From: Vitrella brassicaformis CCMP3155
Lineage: Eukaryota > Protista > Chromerida
Length of the DNA: 64,000 nt
Assembly: GCA_001179505.1 (NCBI GenBank)
Contig: CDMY01000336.1
Location: 372,001-436,000 of the forward strand
Direction of reading: 5' to 3'
Position numbers and translations under genes: made by a program. Shown piece after piece: positions 11,815 through 21,816 of this stretch (its first letter is position 1; the number at the start of each line of letters is the position of its first letter). The notes beneath the pieces were generated by a model. That model was given only the letters and a program-made list of their open reading frames with translations, had not been told where the DNA came from and did no database searches.

Positions 11815-12712
11815 GACAGTGCACAGCACAGGTGTGTCTGTGGGTGTGGGTGTGTCTGTGCCCACCTGGGCGATTGGTTGTGGTCGCTGAAGGGCGTGAG
11901 TGAGGCCAGGCCATGATGGACAGATGGCATGGCCATTCGACGGCTTTTACTCATCTCCACGTGTGTGTACTGTACTTGACGGGCGACTTCTCGTACAGTT
12001 TGTCGAACTCGTCGTGCAGCCAGCCACACGCTCCGCTCCCAGCCGGCCGGCTCCTTGGGCCGCATCGCTTCTCATCCTCATTCACTCACTGTCAGTCAGT
12101 CAGAGGTGTCGACTCGACATCTAGTTCCTTCCGGGCCGCTCGGTCCTCCCCCTCAGCGCGTTTGTTCTTCTGCCGCTCTCTGCGGGCCTGACGCTCCTCC
12201 TTAGCCTTACTTGCGAATGACTGGCCGGCCGCCTTGATCTCCTGGATCTTGATTGACGTCCTGCTGGCTGGTTGGCGCTGGATGATGAACAAATACGTAC
12301 AAGGATAGTAGAACCTGCACACAACGAAAAGGGGGACACGACAGACACATGGCCAACCCCGCCTCCGCCTCCCATCACGCACACCACACCCTCACCCGCC
12401 ACCCACTCGACTCACCCGCAATTCTGCCCGATAGATAGCGACGATCTCCATCCATGTGTTCGGGCAGCCCAACCAGCGAAGCCGAGTACCTTCCTGCGAC
12501 ATTCTCAGCGACAGAGACACCACACCCGCTCCAGCAGCTTAGCTCCATCTGGAGGCGGCCGATGATGCATGCTATCTATCGGCCGTCCAGGACAGGATGA
12601 TGTGCATCGCACCCACAGGCCAGGCAGCGCAGCCCCCAGGGCGGCGCCTCGTTGGCAGACGTCATCAGGCAGGCACCCGAGACAGACGTGTCAGTCAGCA
12701 CCTTGGCCAGTC
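10700..12712 (-). pseudogene. POLR1B: RNA polymerase I second-largest subunit (RPA2/RPA135) pseudogene fragment, intron-containing, disrupted by many 4-5 nt tandem duplications
   Basis: After removing tandem duplications the minus strand reads [107 protein letters not shown], GKAA and QDGMPFRRF. ILSRLWP and PDILFNPH are the Pol I (not Pol II/III) signatures. In-frame stops, frameshifts and large internal deletions are present. The downstream end near 10700 is approximate. Confidence 0.9.
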
Positions 12713-12906
12713 GGTGGGAAGTGAAGGCCCCCAGATGTTGGGGCGCTCGTCTGCCAGACAGACAGACAGACAGATACAATCAATGCAAAGGGGCAATGCA
12801 GTCAATGTGGGTCTGTCTGTCTGTATGTTCGTGCGTGTTGGTGGGTATGCTATCTTCCCACCACATATGGATGCGTCTTGTGTGAGGTGCAGGAGAAGGC
12901 TGTCGG

Positions 12907-15629
12907 TTACTGGCGTCTGCGGTTGCCATTTCTGTGGACAAGTAAGTAGTGAGTGACACACATAGACAGACAGACAGACAATCGGCTGATGTGTGAAGAG
13001 CCCAATGTGTGTGTGTGTGTGTGTGTGGGCTTGCTTACGGTCTGTACTGGAGGTGGTGGTTGATGAGCCGATTTGCCACCTCGGCGGTGGTGGGTGGTCG
13101 AGTCGGACTGGGGGCCATCCCTAGCTCCCATACCTTGAAAATCTCGTACTCCTCCAGCCGCTCCTCATAGGACAGGAGGGGAGGGGGAGGCGCGTCTCGG
13201 CATGTCAGCCTGCGGTTGGGAGCGGGCGGCGCGTTGGGGTCTCTCTGGAGGATCGTGACCCCGCCGTACACCGGCTTGGCACCGCCGCCCCCTGGGTTGC
13301 CGACTGGTGGACTCGCCGCCGCACAGCTCCCCTTCGGCACCCACTTCTGCCGCCCCTTGGTCCCAGCCTGAGAGGGTGCCGCAGCGTCGCCTTGCTCTTT
13401 GCGCACCTCCTTGGCTACAGCGGCTCCCCCCGACACCACCTGACGCACGACCTTGGGCACCAGCCGGCTCCCCTGCCCCTCTGCCCCACCCTCCCCTGGC
13501 CACTTATCGCCCTCATGCGCCACTGTCACATGCGGCGGCCCGCCAGTCCTCTTGCAGGCAGCCGTCGCCTTATTCCCTTCGGGCTTGGCCTTGCCGGCAG
13601 CCGTCGCCTTATTCCCTTCGGGCTTGGCCTTGCCGGCCGTGCCTGGGGGCTGCTTGGCGGCCGTCACGCTGGCCGTCTTGGTCTTGGGCTGCGGTGGCGT
13701 GGACTTGGCGCTTTGTTTGGCTGCAGGCTTGGCCTTTGCCGGCGGAGGCTTCGGGTGGTGGGCATCCGAGGCTGAATGAAACAAAAGGAAGGAAAAGGCA
13801 GACGAACGACAGAAATGATTTCTCAGGCAGGTGTCACTCGGGTGTGTGTTGTGTGCTTCCACCGCACCAGATGTCCCCTCCGTGGTCTCGGTGGTATGCG
13901 CCTCCTCGGGCGATTCCGCCGCGGCCCGCCCTGCCCCAGCCTCGTCCAGCACTGCTGCGGCTGCAGCTACCGCGACAGGCACCTTCTCACCACCACCACC
14001 ACCACCGGGCGCCTTGCCGTCTGAGGGCGCTTCCTGGGGGAATGGCGAGGCCGACGGGAGAGGGGAGTCCGCAGCTGTAGAAGGACTCACTGGCTCCCTT
14101 TCCTCTGACACACCATATGACACACGCAAAGAGATACATAGATAGATGTGATCTGAGCGCAGCGCAGATGCGATGCCGCCCTCCCCCTTATTCTCCCAGA
14201 AATGATTTCTCAGGCAGGTGTCACTCGGGTGTGTGTTGTGTGCTTCCACCGCACCAGATGTCACCTCCGTGGTCTCGGTGGTATGCGCCTCCTCGGGCGA
14301 TTCCGCCGCGGCCCGCCATGCCCCAGCCTCGTCCAGCACTGCTGCCGCTGTAGCTACCGCGACAGGCACCTTCTCACCACCACCACCACCACCGGGCGCC
14401 TTGCCGTCTGAGGGCGCTTCCTGGGGGAATGGCGAGGCCGACGGGAGAGGGGAGTCCGCAGCTGTAGAAGGACTCACTGGCTCCCTTTCCTCTGACACAC
14501 CATATGNNNNNNNNNNNNNNNNNNNNNNNNNNNNNNNNNNNNNNNNNNNNNNNNNNNNNNNNNNNNNNNNNNNNNNNNNNNNNNNNNNNNNNNNNNNNNN
14601 NNNNNNNNNNNNNNNNNNNNNNNNNNNNNNNNNNNNNNNNNNNNNNNNNNNNNNNNNNNNNNNNNNNNNNNNNNNNNNNNNNNNNNNNNNNNNNNNNNNN
14701 NNNNNNNNNNNNNNNNNNNNNNNNNNNNNNNNNNNNNNNNNNNNNNNNNNNNNNNNNNNNNNNNNNNNNNNNNNNNNNNNNNNNNNNNNNNNNNNNNNNN
14801 NNNNNNGTAGTTTATCGTCGCTGACCAGCAGGGTGCAGCCTCATGTATTCCTTGAGTCGTGTGGTGGCCTCGTCGCGGTCGAGCTGGGCCTGGTAGAGCG
14901 CACTGCCCTCCTTCAACAGCTTCTCCTCGAGCAACTTGTACTGTACGCAGACAGACAGACAGACAGACCCATAGATAGATAGATGTGTGCCCGCAGGGAC
15001 CCGGGAGGTAATATAATCAATCGGTGTGTGTGTGGGTGGGTGGATGAACGAATGGCTTACTTGTTCTTGCATTTCCTGCAGCCTCTCCTCCAGCCGGATG
15101 GCCTCCTGCTCGTAGTGCCGGGCCTTGGCCAACATGTCATCCGCATGCTGAGAACCAAACACTGCAGCCAGACAGCCAGCGAAGGAAGCATAGCATACAG
15201 ACAGAGCACTCACTCATTCCCTCATTCCCTCATTCCCTCTCTCTCTCGTCGGGCTGACTGCGTGGTGCGCTTACCGCTATTGTTGGGAAGGATCGCCATG
15301 ATGACCTGCCCCTCCTCGATGCGGTCAGTGGATGCACTCGACGGGGCAGTGTGGTCCTGCCCGTGGGCCTTGGGGTGCACCTTAGTGCAGCGATAAAGAG
15401 CGATTTGGTCGGCGGCTATGGGGGTGCCCAGCTTGGCCTCCCTGAAGAACCCGCTGAAGTATTCCGCCTGAACTCAATGCGTAAGCGTGCCGTTTTTGAT
15501 GACTTCTTTGCTGTCTGTCGTCCGTCTGTCTATGTGGCTGCCCTCCCTTCTGCTTACCGCGTGTTCGACGGTGCATGAGTGCAGCTTCAGGTCGGTGGCA
15601 TGCAGCCCAGCACACAGCTTGATGGGCAT
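12907..15629 (-). CDS. Lineage-specific protein, paralog A: small N-terminal domain, coiled coil, low-complexity region and C-terminal SUZ-like motif; spans a gap
   Basis: MPIKLCAGLHATDLKLHSCTVEHA/AEYFSGFF... spliced in consistent phases; coiled coil (EQEAIRLEERLQEMQEQ); VTILQRDP...LSYEERLEEYE resembles the SUZ consensus. Confidence 0.6.
13812..14506 (-). repeat. Tandem duplication (unit about 390 bp) of the EEREPVSP exon with flanking intron halves
   Basis: Two near-identical copies differing at a few sites; junction aatcatttCTGggagaat with ctg microhomology; only one copy is present in the right-arm paralog. Confidence 0.8.
14507..14806. other. Assembly gap (300 N)
   Basis: Run of N. Confidence 1.
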
Positions 15630-15867
15630 GCCGCTCAGAACGGGGTGATACACCCGCAGTGCACCGATTCGGTTCGCCCCGATGTGCGTGCAGTGCGCTT
15701 GGCTCAACGAATTCACAGCGATGTGAAACAACCACGGGAAACCAACTTGAGAAGTTAAGCGCTCCTGAAACTGATGGCTGAACCAACTTAACAACTTAAG
15801 CGCAAGCAAAACTGAAGCTGATCTCGCACAGATTCGGTCCCTCCTTTTTTTCATCTCCGGAAACCAC

Positions 15868-17996
15868 ATGGATCCAGTGATGGCATTACGCATCTGCGGC
15901 AGCACAGCCTCACGAAGATGGAAGATCAGCCTCCGCCGGGCAGTTCGCTCCTTCAGCACTGCTGCGGTGGACACTCACTCCCCTGCCGCCTTCCCTGATG
16001 CGATGCCCATCAAGGCCTCTCCCTCTCCCGACTTGGAGATCGACATAGGCGGCGGTCAGAAGCTGATGCGGTATCCTGAGCTGGACCACATCAAGACCAT
16101 GAAGAGCAGCGACCTGCGGCGGCTGTGTGAGAGCGCCGTGGCCACCAAGAACACGACTCTTGAGCTGTGGATTGCCATTGCACAGAGGGCGCTGGAGAGT
16201 GCGGACTCCCTCAAGGTCTGTTCAAATGTAACGCATGGCAGGCAGCCAGGCAGGCAGCCACCATTCGTGAGTGCATCGGATCCCCCACGTGAGCCTTTGT
16301 TTGTATGGGTGTGGTGTGCAGGTGTGGGATGCGATCATCGTGTTGGAGTCGTTTGCAGCGGTCAACATGGTTGACCGCACCCTCTTCCTGGCGCTGGCCG
16401 AGCAGTTCCCCAAGGCGGCCCTCAAGATGGAGCCGCGGCTGATCATCAGCCTGTTCACTGTCTACGAGAAGGCCAAGCTGCGGCCTCGTCTGCTCTATGT
16501 GGAGCTTTTCCACAGCCTGATGAAGCAGACGGACCGCATGTACGGCCACGAGTTGGCCGACGTGCTGGCCATGATGGCGCGGCTCAAGGTCGGCAACCCC
16601 CAGGTGCTGCGGCACATGTGCCGGGCGCTGGTCAAGTATGTGCACCTGCTGCGCTTCCTGCACGTCTGCTGCGTCTACGGGGCGCTACGGAGTCTGGACG
16701 TCACCAACACCACCGTCTATGAGGTGCTGGAGAAACGCGCTGACATGGAGCTGCAGATGCTGCCGGTGCAGGAGCTGCTGGATGCACTGCAGGTGAGTGA
16801 GGTGACCGACTCAGACAGACAGGGCGGGGCGACAAGGGTCCATCCATATCTCTCTATACGCCACGCCCCGCCCCGTGTGTGTGTTGGGCATGGCACACAC
16901 GTATGTATGTCTGCAGTCGGTGGGCAGTCTGGAGTTCAGTTGGCATCCGTTTGAGAAGATGCTGCTCAACGAGTACCTCAAGCGCACTACCAAGTTCGAG
17001 GACGGGCGGGACGTCGACGAGCTTGCCGACCCCTTCGCAGCCATGGACTTCATGCGGGCGCACGGCCTGCTGCACAAGGAGTTCCTCACGGCACTCTGCA
17101 AGTGGTGCGTTAAGGCCACCTACAGACCTGCCAAGAGGTGAGCGAACGGGATGCGGAGTGAGAGCAGGGGCAGATCCATCCACGAGAGCTCGGTTTTGTC
17201 TATCTCATGTGTGTGTACACAACATCCATGCCATGCAGGTCATGGAAGCGGCCGATGAGCCACCAGTTGGTGCAGCTGCACGACATTTGCAGGTAAATAC
17301 ATATGCTCAGGCTTTTAACAGCAAACAGCAAGAGAACAGCACACAGCGTCTGTCTCTGTGTGTGTGTGTGTGTGTGTGTGTTGCGGTGTGTTGCCGTCCG
17401 TCGTCAGGGAGTGGGGCCTGGAGGAGAACCGCGATTTGCAGCAGGCAATTCGTCACTTCGTGTCGACCAAGGGCGGCACCGACCGCTACATGATGTGGCG
17501 GGCAGACATACCCAAGTCCACCACCTACGCCACCCGGCGGCCCTACTTCCTACGCCCAGACCCCCTGGAGAGGTACCAGGCCATCCTGGCCTCACAGCCG
17601 CCAACACATGCAGACCATGACGCTGATGAGGTTGCCGGTGAGGAGGACCAGCAGGAGGAGCCGAGTGAGATTGACGCGCCGGTGGGCGAGAGCACGAGGG
17701 AGGACGGGGCTGTGCCGCAGATCGGCGTCAGGTGGTCGCGGGTGAGTGAATGAGTGAGGGAGCAGACACGACACGACGTGCCGCAACACGGATATCGCAC
17801 ACCATTATGTTGTGTGGTGTTGTCTTGTGTGGTGTTGTGGTGTATTCCGTTCCTGCAGCCGCGTCGTCCCAAGACTGTCAAGGGCAATCCGAATCACCGG
17901 GAGTACACGCTGCCGGGGCGGAAGGGTTTCAATGTGCACACGTGGAAACACCCAAGGCCAGCCAGGCCCAAGAACCTCAAGGCTGTCGACGTGTGA
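15868..17996 (+). CDS. Mitochondria-targeted helical-repeat (HPR/FASTK-like) putative RNA-binding protein
   Basis: Transit-peptide-like N-terminus (RRAVRSFSTAA), alpha-helical repeats of about 37 aa (IIVLESFAAVN..RTLFLALA; ISLFTVYEKAK..RLLYVELF; ADVLAMMARLK..PQVLRHMC), multiple GT-AG introns. Confidence 0.6.
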
Positions 17997-19138
17997 AGTA
18001 TATGCGGATGGATGGATGGACCGAATTAATGCCCCTAGCTTTGAGGCTGACCTAACGGAACGAACTGGTGTGCGTGTAAGTATATGTATGTGTACGTGTG
18101 TTGAGATCTCAACGTACGTACGTGTGTTGTGTTGCGTCATGTTGTGCAATTTCTGACCGCGCGTTCATTGTATATTCACCCGTCGTCCGTCCGTGTGTGT
18201 GTGTGTGTCGACCATGCAACGCACATGTTCGACCGGAAAGGAGACAGCCGATAATACAAAACCAGGAATCACTCACCACCCACACGCCAGCTCTGGGATC
18301 ATCATCCCACCCAACGCTGCACCCAACGCTGGTCGTGTTGGTGACCTTCTTGTGCTTCACACACCGAGAGAGACAGAGAGCGAGAGAGAGAGACACGAAT
18401 ATTGCTCACCGACACTGTCCCTCTCCCTCTCCCTCTCCTCACGTTTGTATGTATATAACCCCTGCTTGTTGTAGATTTGCAATACGTGTGTGAGTGCATG
18501 TCCCACACCACCCCGTGAGGCTTCTGTGGGGCTCCTCGCATTCATGGATAGATGGATGGATGGATGGATACATGGAGTCTGTCTGGCATCAGCCACGCCA
18601 CACTCGAGAACGCCATACAAACCACACTCGTGGTAATGAGGAGCAACAGGAACAAAACGCTGGATGGCGACGAATGCACCAATGGCATGTGTGTGTGCGT
18701 GTTTGTCTGTGTGCCCCGGGGCGTGTGTCTGTGTGAGCAGCGTGCTGTTTATCCGCGGGACAACGACGGCAGCACATAGACAGGCACGGCCTTGCTGTCT
18801 GCATGGATGGCGTGGAGGCAGTTTTTGTCTTGTATGCATGTGAAGGGTGACCGAGAGACTCACGTCCTTGCTGGACGGATGGATGGATGAAAGGATAAAC
18901 CGATGTGTCCTTGTCTGTTCGGTGTATACACAAACACATCCAAGCTGAGCAAAAAGGGTGAGGTGACACACACGCAAACGCACCACACGCACACCAGCAA
19001 TCCAACACATACACAGACACACACACACATGAACGCGTCGCGTCGGGCACACATGTCCTGTTCTCTATCTGCGAGTGCACACATTCTCTCTGTCCGTCCG
19101 CCGACCCCCCCGCCCCCCTCCCCCCACACACAGACACA

Positions 19139-19172
<34 letters not shown>

Positions 19173-19874
19173 CACCCCCTTCACACAAAGGCACCAAATA
19201 GCACGCGATTCGACACGCACACGCACACGCAAGCGCACACAACACACTCTTTTTAGCGTACACACAGTGACGATGGCATGACGTACGTTTATATGGATGG
19301 GTATACAGCGAGTACATACATACATATGATATGGTTTGGTTGCAGTGGGGGAATCACACGACACGACACGACACGACACCACACGACACGACAGCAAGCA
19401 GATACTGAACACCACCATACAGCGACGCGACCGGCAGGTTCCAGCCAAAGCCCCACTGAAGCGCCTTCATGAAACCGCTTGCTGTCGTTTCACGAAGCTG
19501 CTTTTCACCGAGGATTCGAGAGGCACCCCCCCTGCCTGTTGTGTTGAACCAACCGAGTGTGAAACGACACACTTCGGCTCGGCCCCCACCCCCACACCGA
19601 CATGGCTAGCGACCCGGCCCAGGCAACCTAATCTGGTGGATGGATGGACGACTGGCTGAATTACGTCCCGTACAAATGTCTATGACTCACTCCACTCCCC
19701 TCCACTCCCCTCCGCGGCCCTCCACACTTGACCGACAAAATGAGTGGATGCTCAATCAATATAAATACCTATATACAGTGAGTGCTCTTCTGGGTGCGGT
19801 GCATCCCCCTTCATTGCCCTTTCTCTGGCGCGACCTACTTGTCGGCCTCTCTCTCTGTCTGTCTGTCTGTCTGT

Positions 19875-21581
19875 CTATGGCCCAAAGATCCGCTCCCACC
19901 CCAGCAACACCAACTCGTACACACCAAATGTGACGGCTCCAACTGTAACACACAGAGAGAGAGAGAAGGACACCACGCAATGCTTCTGAAAGAGCCGCGT
20001 CAGCTCATGTTGTCTCGCTGCGTCGTACCTGGGAATGCCCGCACGACCGACGGCAACAAGCCGCGTGTGAAACCCCGCCAGCCAGACTACACCGCACGCA
20101 CAAAACACACGGGGGAAGTGACTGACACGAATGAGCGCCCGATGGTATGGTGTCTATGCAGCCCAGCCTGGTCAGCCTGGTCAGGTCAAGTACAGTACCT
20201 GTCTGTAGATGGCTGCTGCGTGTGGCATCCACTTGGGTTCCCACAGGTGTGCTGACGGCCCCCTGGCCTGCAGGGAGCTCTTGACCACATCAAACGGGTG
20301 ACAGATAACTGCAGCCAGCCAGCCAGGCACAACACACAAACCAAGATGTCCACTGTCCACACACACATGTGTGTGAGTGATGCCACAGCTGGCTTGCCGT
20401 GCAGTCATGGCGGCTTACACCATGCGAGTGTGGATGCGGTTCCTCCGGCAGTCATGACCTCCGTGGCTGTGGGTGTGTCGCGATGACCTCTCCTCCGACA
20501 AAATTCGCAACACAGCCACTCGTATGCCCCAAAATACACACCGTAGGTCCTGCCGGCCGCACACACACACGGACAGGGAGAGAGAGAGTTCATGTGTTGT
20601 GTGTTTGCCGCGTATCCATCCTCGTTAGGTTTTATCAGGACTGCTTACCCGGCATCTCTGACGCAGGTTGCTGCCGCCCCGTGCATGAGCCCGCGGATCA
20701 CTCCGTGCTCCCGCATCACCCACATGGCGCACTCCCACGAGTTGCGGAAGTGGGCGGCATCTCGACGCGGCACCACCACCCGCCCCGTGCTCATGGCCCG
20801 GCACATGCCCTCGCCCTCCAGCCCCACCACAAACGGCCGCTTGGGCGCCTCCGGCAGTGGACGGGACGACAGGGGAGAGGCAGTGGAGGGAAGCGGTGAA
20901 GGTGTAGGGGGGTGGTGCATGGCCATGGCCGGCGGTTGGATGGCTGCGGTGGTTATGCGTCTGGGTGTGGGTGAGGTGACGGAGTCGGCGTCCATTTGCA
21001 TGCGTATCTTAATGACATCCATGGGTGTCTGCAGGGGGACGCCGATCAGCCCGGCCGCAGACCCCGCCACCACCACCTGCCAGATGGGCTGCTGCAGCCG
21101 GGACTGTTTCGACGTCGATGACGCCTCGCTTCGCGGGGTCGTTGGGGTCCTCGCCCCGGCGTTGTGGATGCGGTCGATCATGGCGCATGTGTTGCCGTAC
21201 GCCCCGAACACCAATGAGTTGAGAGGCAGGTTGCCCAGCAACGGCGGGGCTAAGCCGCGGAAGAAGGTCAGGATCCCGTCACGCCTCAGGGCCTGCCACG
21301 GGTCCAGAGGACAGAGAGAGAGGGGCTCGAGAGTGTAGAACTACGCGGATTGCTCTCTACCTGTGTGAGGCATTGTGAGGAAGAGGCGAAGATGCCTTTC
21401 GATGTGGACTGCAGCCGGACCTTCAGCGTGTCCATCGGATGACCACACATCACACCGAAAGCCCCTGCAATCGCACCTGAGAGAGAGGCAGACACGCACA
21501 CATGTGATTCGTGTGCATGCCGACCATCGGGCGGCCGACCTGACCTGCTACGTGCTCTGCCCAGAATGAATGGACGGCCAT
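19875..21581 (-). CDS. Mitochondrial carrier (SLC25A29/45-like, basic amino acid or carnitine type)
   Basis: Three PX[DE]XX[KR] signatures (HPMDTLKVR, TPMDVIKIR, HPFDVVKS) plus GILTFFRG, FGAY and GWRGFTRGLLPSVVRAFP; the spliced frame is consistent. Confidence 0.92.
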
Positions 21582-21816
21582 GGAAGGGAAGTGAACGTCG
21601 ATGGCCTCCATCTCGCGATGTATCTATTCGAAGTCTGCTGGGCATTCACCTGACGGCCTGAAGATAGTCTTGAACGCTCTCGATGGCGGGCTGCAGCTTC
21701 CCTCCGCGAGCTCGAGCTCGCACGCCGTCTCGAGCCCCCCTTCGGCCCCCAGGTGATCGCGGCTTCACGTGCACACACTTGACAATCATCTGCACACAAC
21801 GCTGAAAGCAACGAAA

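Larger units (their letters stand above)
12709..15851 (-). repeat. Left arm of a roughly 3 kb inverted segmental duplication (partner 60598-63155)
   Basis: The reverse complement aligns along its length with 60598-63155, including promoter, exons and introns, with scattered substitutions and small indels. Confidence 0.93.

Noticed and set aside
10900-12712. Duplications in the RPA2 relic often sum to multiples of 3 (4+5, 4+4+4, 5+5+5, 4+4+5+5), suggesting selection to keep the frame or a programmed decoding system
   Set aside because: A cumulative offset returns to zero about one step in three by chance and I grouped the events after the fact. In-frame stops are present and the catalytic motif is scrambled, so there is no evidence for a functional product or RNA editing.
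18200-18400. HKKVTNTTSVG..WDDDPRAGVW resembling the Churchill C-terminus
   Set aside because: Only a few residues match and the required Cys/His zinc ligands could not be assembled in frame.
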